64,000 nt of DNA from Antedon mediterranea. Its lineage: Eukaryota > Animalia > Echinodermata. Shown here piece after piece: positions 52,085-63,251 of the stretch; the stretch's first letter is position 1; each line of letters starts with the position of its first letter. The notes below the pieces were generated by a model. It was not told the DNA's origin. It saw only the letters and a list, made by a program, of their open reading frames with translations, and searched no databases. The stretch spans positions 18,459,432 through 18,523,431 of the forward strand of contig NC_092679.1 of the NCBI RefSeq assembly GCF_964355755.1. Direction: 5' to 3'. Position numbers and translations under genes: made by a program.

Positions 52085-52680
52085 CTGAAATAAAAGAATG
52101 CAACACTGAATTGTGGGAGATTTGCACTGAATTGTGGATAGAAGAAGAAATCGTGATAAACAAGGTATATTAAGGCTTTGGAAATGGCATCTTGCTGGTA
52201 ATCTGAAATAAAAGAATGCAACACTGAATTGTGGGAGATTTGCACTGAATTGTGGATAGAAGAAGAAATCGTGATAAACAAGGTATATTAAGGCTTTGGA
52301 AATGGCATCTTGCTGGTAATCTGAAATAAAAGAATGCAACACTGAATTGTGGGAGATTTGCACTGAATTGTGGATAGAAGAAGAAATCGTGATAAACAAG
52401 GTATATTAAGGCTTTGGAAATGGCATCTTGCTGGTAATCTGAAATAAAAGAATGCAACACTGAATTGTGGGAGATTTGCACTGAATTGTGGATAGAAGAA
52501 GAAATCGTGATAAACAAGGTATATTAAGGCTTTGGAAATGGCATCTTGCTGGTAATCTGAAATAAAAGAATGCAACACTGAATTGTGGGAGATTTGCACT
52601 GAATTGTAGATAGAAGAAGAAATCGTGATGAACACGAAAATTGCATCTTGCTGATAATGTAAAATAAAAGAATGCAATAA
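52020..52680. repeat. Tandem repeat of 118-bp units, about 5.5 copies
   Basis: Exact 118-bp periodicity (52085, 52203, 52321, 52439, 52557). Confidence 0.97.
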
Positions 52681-52728
52681 GTCTACTTTATTCATTCAAA
52701 TATTTGCATTTAATAATCTTCAGGTCTG

Positions 52729-52853
52729 GACTGAATTATTGTAGATTGCCACTGAATTGTGGGAAATTTGAACTGAATTGTGGGAGATGTGCACTGAATT
52801 GTGAGAGATGTGCACTGAATTGTGGGAGATGTGCACTGAATTGTGAGAGATGT
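52729..52853. repeat. Minisatellite of 21-bp units (CACTGAATTGTGGGAGATGTG)
   Basis: About 6 copies; the same motif occurs twice within each 118-bp unit. Confidence 0.9.
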
Positions 52854-53041
52854 GTTGACATTTCGTTATGTGTGCTGCACAAAAATGTAATTAGCATACA
52901 AATAGCATGGGCTTAGGCTTCTTTGTGTAGTCAGGCTAGGCCTACTGTCTGCCTTCTTAGCGATAGGAAATATCACGAAACAAAATGATACACAAGACTA
53001 AATATTATTTTCTTTATTAAAAACATGTATGTATCACTTAC

Positions 53042-53123
53042 TTGGTATTGGTCTTGTGTTTCTTCGTATAACAATTAGTGGAATGACTAGTACTAAAACT
53101 TCAATTACATACAGAGATAGGAA
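53042..53123 (-). CDS. TMEM62: TMEM62 exon (TM segment)
   Basis: FLSLYVIEVLVLVIPLIVIRRNTRPIP; aacag/gtaagt. Confidence 0.82.
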
Positions 53124-53246
53124 CTGTTATAAAGGAGTTAAAATAGACAATTAATATATATATACTTAATTATAATAATTTTCAGTTATTTTTTAAGCAG
53201 ATGTACTCAGGGTCAGGATCCACAAAAGATTGATATACTGCACTAA

Positions 53247-53379
53247 GGGTCTTTCACACCTGCCCTGGCAAATAAAATTGAACACCAATATTTCGTTGTT
53301 CGCGTAGGCACATGAAAACAAACCATTGACGATCGATTTTATTTGTCGGTTTCCGAACCGAAACAGGTGTTAAAGACCC
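53247..53379. mobile_element. MITE with 16-bp TIRs
   Basis: GGGTCTTTCACACCTG / CAGGTGTTAAAGACCC. Confidence 0.55.
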
Positions 53380-53588
53380 ATTAATGGGCAGGGCTTTGGT
53401 CTTGTGTAAAGACAGAATGGGGTTAACTACCATTTTTGGACATGCATCTTTGAAATGGTTCCAGAGTACAGAAGATGATGAATAAATAAAAATGCTTTTA
53501 GAAAGACTATTGAATTAGCATGCATCTAGAAAAGTCAGATCTGAGTTTTCTAGACACCCAAAATTCAACTATATACGTCATAACTCAC

Positions 53589-53699
53589 CAATGCTGGAAT
53601 ATCCGTCATGAGTACGATTGCCCCAGCTAGCCGCTGTAGAGGTCGGCTGCCATCCATAGAAAATTCTTGACTAGACTCTGATACTTGATTTGCAGAATC
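53589..53699 (-). CDS. TMEM62: TMEM62 exon
   Basis: DSANQVSESSQEFSMDGSRPLQRLAGAIVLMTDIPAL. Confidence 0.88.
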
Positions 53700-54006
53700 C
53701 TAAAATAAAATGAAATAGATTGCCCTAAATAGTGCATGTTGTCAATCTACTGTAGTTCTATATAATGCACTTTATGTACATATGACCAACAGCTTTACAT
53801 CCCATCTGAAGGGCGAGGCAATGAGTGTAAAGCATTTTGCCTGAGGATACCAACAACATGAGACAGTCTCAAACCCTCAAGCTCACACGATAGTACCTTA
53901 CCATTACATCAAATCAATCTCCACTTTGAGGTTAGATCTTTGTACTTTCAAAGGCAGATATGTGCCTCCTTGCTATTCCAAATTATATTAAAAAAGTATA
54001 TATTAC

Positions 54007-54166
54007 TTTAGCAATAACTTTCATATTATGCATCCCTTCTGCGAAATTGTTTGGTTTCCATGGTAATACATATAGTGGTCCTTCTACATGTTCCGCTTGG
54101 CCTACTTGCTCTTCGTTTATAAACACAGTCACAGAGACAATCTTATTGGGTGAAAATACAAGCAAA
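54007..54166 (-). CDS. TMEM62: TMEM62 exon
   Basis: LLVFSPNKIVSVTVFINEEQVGQAEHVEGPLYVLPWKPNNFAEGMHNMKVIAK. Confidence 0.92.
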
Positions 54167-54196
54167 CTGCAGTAGAAAAAAAATATTTAAGTTTAA

Positions 54197-54290
54197 AGCT
54201 CTGTCTCCACTATCAAACTTTATGTGATGTGCCCATATATAGACATGATGATGTCATATCACTACCATATTTGGACACATCACACCAAAA
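54197..54290. mobile_element. Harbinger-like MITE, partial copy filling most of a 138-bp intron
   Basis: AGCTCTGTCTCCACTATCAAACT TIR plus family-internal motifs. Confidence 0.65.
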
Positions 54291-54304
54291 ATGAATACAC
54301 ATAC

Positions 54305-54460
54305 CGTATATGCGTTGAATGCTGAATTTTCCCCAATGGTTCATGTTTTGGCGCCATAAAACGTGCTGCTTTAGGGTTTGTGATGACAACGAGAGGCCAT
54401 TCACCAAAACGTTTTTCAGCAAATGATAACATATCATGGTCAAACGCCACTACCCGGTAT
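54305..54460 (-). CDS. TMEM62: TMEM62 exon
   Basis: YRVVAFDHDMLSFAEKRFGEWPLVVITNPKAARFMAPKHEPLGKIQHSTHI. Confidence 0.95.
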
Positions 54461-54552
54461 CTGAAAAAAAATTAAAATAGTTAGTAATTCATTTTATTTG
54501 AAAGGGTTAAATAATGTGACAACATTTAAAATAATGTGTTTTTATGTCTTAC

Positions 54553-54675
54553 ATGCGATTGACCTTCCAGTCCTTGACCTCAAGCTCTAACGACCCAGTC
54601 CGCTGCAACGTTTGCATGTCACTGACACCACCCATGAGGTTATGCAAATGACCGCACAAGTACGCAATTCCATTT
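54553..54675 (-). CDS. TMEM62: TMEM62 exon (GHLH metal-binding motif)
   Basis: NGIAYLCGHLHNLMGGVSDMQTLQRTGSLELEVKDWKVNR. Confidence 0.95.
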
Positions 54676-54733
54676 CTGATGAAAATCAAGATACATAGTA
54701 GGTACTGGGCCTAATATTAAATTAATTAATTAA

Positions 54734-55046
54734 CACATTGACTGCCAAGGCATTTTCCGTAATTTCTGTCCCAGTGCCAAGTCCCGTTTGAGATGATTAT
54801 ATTGAGTGTGAGGGCGCCATATTCAATGCATGAGGGAATAAACACAAACAAACATATGACATTTATTTTTAGATTATCGTTTACGTACATCATTCATAAA
54901 CTGCCATGCGATAATTCCTGTTCCAGTCACCACTGCCAGCGATCTACATACAATACAAAAGTGCTACGATTTTGACGTAGTATTACGTCTTGGCAAGTAG
55001 CGACACGCAATTTTTGACGTATAAATACGCCGTGGCAGTGAACGTG
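54734..55046. mobile_element. piggyBac-like MITE
   Basis: TTAA on both sides; TIRs CACATTGACTGCCA / TGGCAGTGAACGTG. Confidence 0.7.
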
Positions 55047-55096
55047 TTAATGCATTTTCTACATTTTAACTCTTAAATTAATGGAAGAACACTTAC

Positions 55097-55221
55097 TGCA
55101 AAATATTTGATAGTCGTGCATGGTCGGTTACGATGATGGATGTTGGATAATGACCAAAGAAAACGGTTTGGTTGCTTTTTAAAGTTGTTTGTGAAAGATC
55201 TTCAATTTTCTTTAATTCGGG
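55097..55221 (-). CDS. TMEM62: TMEM62 exon
   Basis: PELKKIEDLSQTTLKSNQTVFFGHYPTSIIVTDHARLSNIL. Confidence 0.93.
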
Positions 55222-55317
55222 CTACAAGAAAAATCACACAATATTATGAACAATTTTAAAATCTTTATTTAACTATTAACATTTTTCAAAAATCACAAAA
55301 AATGGTTGGGTGAAAGA

Positions 55318-58300
55318 TGGTTTACACATAAGCACCGGTCATTGATTGTTCAGTACACACTATATAAACATGGTTCACACATAAGCACCAGTGGCTGGTC
55401 ATGGTTCAGTACACACTATATAAACATGGTTCACACATAAGCACCAGTGGCTGGTCATGGTTCAGTACACACTATATAAACATGGTTCACACATAAGCAC
55501 CAGTGGCTGGTCATGGTTCAGTACACACTATATAAACATGGTTCACACATAAGCACCAGTGGCTGGTCATGGTTCAGTACACACTATATAAACATGGTTC
55601 ACACATAAGCACCAGTGGCTGGTCATGGTTCAGTACACACTATATAAACATGGTTCACACATAAGCACCAGTGGCTGGTCATGGTTCAGTACACACTATA
55701 TAAACATGGTTCACACATAAGCACCAGTGGCTGGTCATGGTTCAGTAGACACTATATAAACCTGGTTCACACATAAGCACCAGTGGCCAGTCATGGTTCA
55801 GTACACACTATATAAACCTGGTTCACACATAAGCACCAGTGGCCAGTCATGGTTCAGTACACACTATATAAACCTGGTTCACACATAAGCACCAGTGGCC
55901 AGTCATGGTTCAGTACACACTATATAAACCTGGTTCACACATAAGCACCAGTGGCTGGTCATGGTTCAGTACACACTATATAAACCTGGTTCACACATAA
56001 GCACCAGTGGCCAGTCATGGTTCAGTACACACTATATAAACCTGGTTCACACATAAGCACCAGTGGCTGGTCATGGTTCAGTACACACTATATAAACCTG
56101 GTTCACACATAAGCACCAGTGGCCAGTCATGGTTCAGTACACACTATATAAACATGGTTCACACATAAGCACCAGTGGCCAGTCATGGTTCAGTACACAC
56201 TATATAAACCTGGTTCACACATAAGCACCAGTGGCCAGTCATGGTTCAGTACACACTATATAAACCTGGTTCACACATAAGCACCAGTGGCCAGTCATGG
56301 TTCAGTACACACTATATAAACCTGGTTCACACATAAGCACCAGTGGCCAGTCATGGTTCAGTACACACTATATAAACCTGGTTCACACATAAGCACCAGT
56401 GGCCAGTCATGGTTCAGTACACACTATATAAACCTGGTTCACACATAAGCACCAGTGGCTGGTCATGGTTCAGTACACACTATATAAACCTGGTTCACAC
56501 ATAAGCACCAGTGGCCAGTCATGGTTCAGTACACACTATATAAACCTGGTTCACACATAAGCACCAGTGGCTGGTCATGGTTCAGTACACACTATATAAA
56601 CCTGGTTCACACATAAGCACCAGTGGCCAGTCATGGTTCAGTACACACTATATAAACATGGTTCACACATAAGCACCAGTGGCTGGTCATGGTTCAGTAC
56701 ACACTATATAAACATGGTTCACACATAAGCACCAGTGGCTGGTCATGGTTCAGTACACACTATATAAACATGGTTCACACATAAGCACCAGTGGCTGGTC
56801 ATGGTTCAGTACACACTATATAAACATGGTTCACACATAAGCACCAGTGGCTGGTCATGGTTCAGTACACACTATATAAACATGGTTCACACATAAGCAC
56901 CAGTGGCTGGTCATGGTTCAGTACACACTATATAAACATGGTTCACACATAAGCACCAGTGGCTGGTCATGGTTCAGTACACACTATATAAACATGGTTC
57001 ACACATAAGCACCAGTGGCTGGTCATGGTTCAGTACACACTATATAAACATGGTTCACACATAAGCACCAGTGGCTGGTCATGGTTCAGTAGACACTATA
57101 TAAACCTGGTTCACACATAAGCACCAGTGGCCAGTCATGGTTCAGTACACACTATATAAACCTGGTTCACACATAAGCACCAGTGGCCAGTCATGGTTCA
57201 GTACACACTATATAAACCTGGTTCACACATAAGCACCAGTGGCCAGTCATGGTTCAGTACACACTATATAAACCTGGTTCACACATAAGCACCAGTGGCT
57301 GGTCATGGTTCAGTACACACTATATAAACCTGGTTCACACATAAGCACCAGTGGCCAGTCATGGTTCAGTACACACTATATAAACCTGGTTCACACATAA
57401 GCACCAGTGGCTGGTCATGGTTCAGTACACACTATATAAACCTGGTTCACACATAAGCACCAGTGGCCAGTCATGGTTCAGTACACACTATATAAACATG
57501 GTTCACACATAAGCACCAGTGGCCAGTCATGGTTCAGTACACACTATATAAACCTGGTTCACACATAAGCACCAGTGGCCAGTCATGGTTCAGTACACAC
57601 TATATAAACCTGGTTCACACATAAGCACCAGTGGCCAGTCATGGTTCAGTACACACTATATAAACCTGGTTCACACATAAGCACCAGTGGCCAGTCATGG
57701 TTCAGTACACACTATATAAACCTGGTTCACACATAAGCACCAGTGGCCAGTCATGGTTCAGTACACACTATATAAACCTGGTTCACACATAAGCACCAGT
57801 GGCTGGTCATGGTTCAGTACACACTATATAAACCTGGTTCACACATAAGCACCAGTGGCCAGTCATGGTTCAGTACACACTATATAAACCTGGTTCACAC
57901 ATAAGCACCAGTGGCTGGTCATGGTTCAGTACACACTATATAAACCTGGATCACACATAAGCACCAGTGGCCAGTCATGGTTCAGTACACACTATATAAA
58001 CATGGTTCACACATAAGCACCAGTGGCTGGTCATGGTTCAGTACACACTATATAAACCTGGTTCACACATAAGCACCAGTGGCCAGTCATGGTTCAGTAC
58101 ACACTATATAAACATGGTTCACACATAAGCACCAGTGGCCAGTCATGGTTCAGTACACACTATATAAACCTGGTTCACACATAAGCACCAGTGGCCAGTC
58201 ATGGTTCAGTACACACTATATAAACCTGGTTCACACATAAGCACCAGTGGCCAGTCATGGTTCAGTACACACTATATAAACCTGGTTCACACATAAGCAC

Positions 58301-60239
58301 CAGTGGCCAGGCATGGTTCAGTACACACTATATAAACCTGGTTCACACATAAGCACCAGTGGCCAGTCATGGTTCAGTACACACTATATAAACCTGGTTC
58401 ACACATAAGCACCAGTGGCTGGTCATGGTTCAGTACACACTATATAAACCTGGTTCACACATAAGCACCAGTGGCCAGTCATGGTTCAGTACACACTATA
58501 TAAACATGGTTCACACATAAGCACCAGTGGCCAGTCATGGTTCAGTACACACTATATAAACATGGTTCACACATAAGCACCAGTGGCCAGTCATGGTTCA
58601 GTACACACTATATAAACCTGGTTCACACATAAGCACCAGTGGCCAGTCATGGTTCAGTACACACTATATAAACATGGTTCACACATAAGCACCAGTGGCC
58701 AGTCATGGTTCAGTACACACTATATAAACCTGGTTCACACATAAGCACCAGTGGCCAGTCATGGTTCAGTACACACTATATAAACCTGGTTCACACATAA
58801 AGCACCAGTGGCCAGTCATGGTTCAGTACACACTATATAAACCTGGTTCACACATAAGCACCAGTGGCCAGTCATGGTTCAGTACACACTATATAAACCT
58901 GGTTCACACATAAGCACCAGTGGCCAGTCATGGTTCAGTACACACTATATAAACCTGGTTCACACATAAGCACCAGTGGCTGGTCATGGTTCAGTACACA
59001 CTATATAAACCTGGTTCACACATAAGCACCAGTGGCTGGTCATGGTTCAGTACACACTATATAAACCTGGTTCACACATAAGCACCAGTGGCCAGTCATG
59101 GTTCAGTACACACTATATAAACCTGGTTCACACATAAGCACCAGTGGCCAGTCATGGTTCAGTACACACTATATAAACCTGGTTCACACATAAGCACCAG
59201 TGGCCAGTCATGGTTCAGTACACACTATATAAACCTGGTTCACACATAAGCACCAGTGGCCAGGCATGGTTCAGTACACACTATATAAACCTGGTTCACA
59301 CATAAGCACCAGTGGCCAGTCATGGTTCAGTACACACTATATAAACCTGGTTCACACATAAGCACCAGTGGCCAGTCATGGTTCAGTACACACTATATAA
59401 ACCTGGTTCGCACATAAGCACCAGTGGCCAGTCATGGTTCAGTACACACTATATAAACCTGGTTCACACATAAAGCACCAGTGGCTGGTCATGGTTCAGT
59501 ACACACTATATAAACCTGGTTCACACATAAGCACCAGTGGCCAGTCATGGTTCAGTACACACTATATAAACCTGGTTCACACATAAGCACCATGTGGCTG
59601 GTCATGGTTCAGTACACACCATAACGTGGTTCACACATAAAGCACCAGTGGCTGGTCATGGTTCAGTACACACTATATAAACCTGGTTCACACATAAGCA
59701 CCAGTGGCTGGTCATGGCTAAGTACACACTATATAAACCTGGTTCACACATAAGCACCAGTGGCCAGTCATGGTTCAGTACACACCATAAACTGGTTCAC
59801 GCATAAGCACCAGTGGCCAGTCATGGTTCAGTACACACTATATAAACCTGGTTCACACATAAGCACCAGTGGCTGGTCATGGTTCAGTACACACTATATA
59901 AACCTGGTTCACACATAAGCACCAGTGGCTGGTCATGGTTCAGTACACACTATATAAACCTGGTTCACACATAAGCACCAGTGGCCAGTCATGGTTCAGT
60001 ACACACCATAACCTGGTTCACACATAAGCACCAGTGGCCAGTCATGGTTCAGTACACACCATAACCTGGTTCACACATAAGCACCAGTGGCTGGTCATGG
60101 TTCAGTACACACCATAACATGGTTCACACATAAGCACCAGTGGCTGGTCATGGTTCAGTACACAACATAACCTGGTTCACACATAAGCACCAGTGGCTGG
60201 TCATGGTTCAGTACACAACATAACCTGGTTCACGCACCA
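55318..60239. repeat. Satellite of 56-bp units, about 88 copies, intronic in TMEM62
   Basis: Unit CATGGTTCAGTACACACTATATAAAC(A/C)TGGTTCACACATAAGCACCAGTGG(CTG/CCA)GT. Confidence 0.98.
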
Positions 60240-60714
60240 TCAATCCATTTCATATGAGGTCTGCCCTTTTCTCTTTTACCTTCTATTATTATTATATTCC
60301 AATCAAATATCAATATCACACTTTTTTTTTCTTGCTGCAGCAATCATGAAATGACAGATTATTATAGTGGAATCCAAAATAATCAAGCACAAACAACATA
60401 TTTTAGTTAACATTGTATTTTAATATTAATGCAAATGCGTTTTTTGTAAGACTATTTAAACAGACTATTATCCGAAAACTCAACTATTAGGATGCACTTT
60501 CAGGTAATAACTTAGGATTAAACAAATTCAGGGCACATTAAAAAAAACAAGTTAAAATAATACACACACAGAAAGTATTAGTTAGATATTAACAAACTGA
60601 TATTATATATTGCCATATTTTGTTATATTTACACATTATATATTTTGTCTAAAAACTATAATATGTATCAAAATAGCTTAAGATTAAAACGTATTGAAAC
60701 TATCTGTTAGTCTA

Positions 60715-60798
60715 TCAATGTATGTTTGCTTACTAATACTTTGTAGAGTGCTAAACATTTTCTCAAACTCTGTATTTGTAGTTTGAATAGGTTTTTGT
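60715..60798. repeat. 84-bp direct repeat, copy 1 (3' of the Ig gene)
   Basis: 79 of 84 bases identical to 62591-62674. Confidence 0.92.
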
Positions 60799-60976
60799 TT
60801 CTTTAATCTGTGCTTGGGGCCTGATATGCTAAATAGCTGATCAGGCATGATCATAATAATTCTTTTAATGATATGAACCTACATATAATTAATATGTTTA
60901 TATCAAATTTAGTTGAGTTTGGTTTTAATATTTTGCCAACGATGCAATATTGTGAGTTTTCAAAAAAAGGTCCTGA

Positions 60977-62203
60977 TTAATTCTCCAATGTAAAATAATC
61001 ATGTGGTACTTCAGCATCTTTTTTGCTAACTCCTTCTCTGCAGTTATTGCCTGCATCTGCATTCGTATGCCTACTGTAGATGTAGTTAGTCTCGGCACTC
61101 TTTGTTGTATCTTTAATTGTGCAGTAGACTCCATCATCAGTTGTAGGGGGAATGTTAATAGTAGGCCTACGGACGGAATTCATAGTGGTGCTGTTTCTCG
61201 CATTACTTCCAGCAGGTTGTGGAGTTGTGCCAGATTTTCTCTTGAGTAGGTAGATGAGAATGAACACCACTATCAACAGAATGACTATAGTTGATGTCAG
61301 TGTTATGGTAAGGATGTTGGCATTCTCATTGGCATCTTTCACAGTAAATTCTTCCTCATCAGAACTACTTCGAGCATTAGTTGTCACCAGACACTTTATA
61401 ACATAATCACCAGCTGTTAAATTGTTGAAGCATCTTTCATTGCCATGATAATTATTTAAGTTTTGTCCATTTAACATCCAAGTATAGTGTTCCTCACCAA
61501 ACCCTCCTATAGCCTCACACTTAAAGCAACGTTCATGCATTTTCTTTATTTTAACTCTTAATTGTCTAGGATAAACTTTTAAAAGCATTGTATAGCACCG
61601 ATGGTTTTTAATCATCGAAGACATACTTCTTGTAATACAGTAAAAGAATATACCATCTCCCCGTTCATACCCTTTAAAGGTCTGATTAAAACTCATTGTG
61701 TTCCTATTTAAATTATACGACTTTGTAATGTTGTTTTTTCCTTGGATCCATCCAATTGTCAATTTATTTTGTTTGTTCTGTTTTTTTATCTGATTCACCT
61801 TACATTTGATTGTTAGTTCTTCACCTTCTATGATGTACTCCATGAAATCTTCACAGGCAATTCTCCAATTAGAATATAGTGTATCCATTTGTACAACACG
61901 TGAAGGAATCAGAAAATACTGATTATCGTCATCTTGGCAGGTGTATAATCCAACATCTTTTTGTACATTGAAGGAGATGAAGATTTCACATTTTACTTGT
62001 GTCAGCCTTGATGAGTATTGTTGGGAGCTATTGTTGCCAACAATATATGAAACATTGAACTCTTTACTTGACGGAATGATTTTAACAGCTTGTATCCCAT
62101 TTTTTTTGTTGGAGTAATACCGTGAATCAAACTTAACGTCCTGTTCTTCTGTAACAGCTTTGGCAAACAGCAAACTGATAAACGCCATTAGACACAACAT
62201 CAT
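60977..62203 (-). CDS. Type-I membrane protein with Ig-like domains (408 aa, uninterrupted ORF), nested in a TMEM62 intron
   Basis: Signal peptide MMLCLMAFISLLFAKA; Ig-like motifs DVGLYTC, ELTIKC...IGW...FYC, FKCEA...YTW...GDYVIKC; TM ILTITLTSTIVILLIVVFILIYLL followed by KRK; tail Tyr motifs VYCTI, YIYS, DYFTL. Confidence 0.85.
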   Translation of the reverse strand: MMLCLMAFISLLFAKAVTEEQDVKFDSRYYSNKKNGIQAVKIIPSSKEFNVSYIVGNNSSQQYSSRLTQVKCEIFISFNVQKDVGLYTCQDDDNQYFLIPSRVVQMDTLYSNWRIACEDFMEYIIEGEELTIKCKVNQIKKQNKQNKLTIGWIQGKNNITKSYNLNRNTMSFNQTFKGYERGDGIFFYCITRSMSSMIKNHRCYTMLLKVYPRQLRVKIKKMHERCFKCEAIGGFGEEHYTWMLNGQNLNNYHGNERCFNNLTAGDYVIKCLVTTNARSSSDEEEFTVKDANENANILTITLTSTIVILLIVVFILIYLLKRKSGTTPQPAGSNARNSTTMNSVRRPTINIPPTTDDGVYCTIKDTTKSAETNYIYSRHTNADAGNNCREGVSKKDAEVPHDYFTLEN

Positions 62204-62590
62204 TTCTAAGTTTAATGAATTGGATTCAACTTCTTTGTTCTTTGATAACTTGGTTCGAGTAAACAGATTCCTATATTTTAACTGTATGTATTTCTCCTAA
62301 TAATGGTTAAACGAAACTGAATGTCTAGTAAAGTTTGCCAAAGGCAATAAAAACCTACAATTTACTTTGTTTTGCTGCCGTCACGTGTGCTATATTTATA
62401 ATTTAAAATATAATTACTTTCTTTTTCTTATGTAAACTTAATATGATTATGTTTGTAACTTCTGAGTATAAAAGTTAAATGCATATTACTGTACAAGCAA
62501 TGAAATACACACAATCATAATTGCACTGAATCATGTCACATCAGGAAAAGACATTTCTGTTGCTAACAGCTACCATGAAAAAAAAAAGTT

Positions 62591-62674
62591 TCAATGCATG
62601 TTTGCTTTCTAATACTTTGTACAGTGCTAAAAATTTCCTCAAACTCTGTATTTGTAGTTTGAATAGGTTTTTGT
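62591..62674. repeat. 84-bp direct repeat, copy 2 (5' of the Ig gene, abutting the satellite)
   Basis: 79 of 84 bases identical to 60715-60798. Confidence 0.92.
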
Positions 62675-62892
62675 ACCAAAGACCAGTCATGGTTCAGTAC
62701 ACACCAAATAAACCTGGTTCACACATAAGCACCAGAGACCAGTCATGGTTCAGTACACACCATATAAACTGGTTCACACATAAGCACCAGAGACCAGTCA
62801 TGGTTCAGTACATACCATAACCTGGTTCACACATAACTACCAGAGACCGGTCATGGTTCAGTACATACCATTCCTGGTTCACACATAAAGCA
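62675..62892. repeat. Second block of the 56-bp satellite (about 4 diverged copies)
   Basis: Same unit as 55318-60239, with a CCAGAGACCAG variant. Confidence 0.93.
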
Positions 62893-62911
62893 TTTATATA
62901 TTTGTTCTTAC

Positions 62912-63062
62912 CTCTTCTATTGCGCCAAAGAAATTAAATGGCCTTCCTGGGCCTGGATCTAACAGAGCATCAACTGCCACAAAAGAATATGTACCAAACG
63001 AAAACTTTTTTTCTACTACGAAGGAGCTAACATCACCTTTTTGGCCAGAAATGGAATACTTT
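62912..63062 (-). CDS. TMEM62: TMEM62 exon
   Basis: KYSISGQKGDVSSFVVEKKFSFGTYSFVAVDALLDPGPGRPFNFFGAIEE. Confidence 0.93.
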
Positions 63063-63205
63063 CTATGATAAAGAGAAAAAGATAAAAACATACAATAGAA
63101 ACTGGAAAATAGCTGTGATAGCGAAAGAGACATTTCTTTACACTCTGTTCAAAAGCATTTTTAAATTGATTCATAAAATCTATTGATAAATAAATGGAAG
63201 CTTAC

Positions 63206-63251
63206 CTAAAATAGCTACTATCATCATTTTTGGATAAAACATGAAATAAAT
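63206..63251 (-). CDS. TMEM62: TMEM62 exon (most 5' exon in the window)
   Basis: (D)LFHVLSKNDDSSYF(R); gtttcag/gtaagc, phase matches the next exon. Confidence 0.8.

Larger units (their letters stand above)
50770..63251 (-). other. TMEM62: Gene span (5'-partial): transmembrane protein 62, metallophosphoesterase-fold membrane protein; 11 exons in the window
   Basis: Motifs PGPGRPFNFFG, FGHYPTS, YLCGHLH, LELEVKDWK.NR.YRVVAFDHD, WPLVVITNPK, HEP...STHIRLLVFSP, GPW; phases consistent. Confidence 0.92.

Noticed and set aside
52052-52695. Repeated 108-135-aa ORFs as a tandem gene family
   Set aside because: Explained by the 118-bp repeat; only 51986-52084 has both splice sites and fits TMEM62
55318-60239. 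Possible CRISPR array
   Set aside because: Units are contiguous and near-identical, with no spacers and no cas genes
60240-62674. Ig cassette as an LTR element, Helitron or processed retrocopy
   Set aside because: No TG..CA repeats at both ends, no CTRR end with hairpin, no poly(A) tail at the junction; mechanism left open
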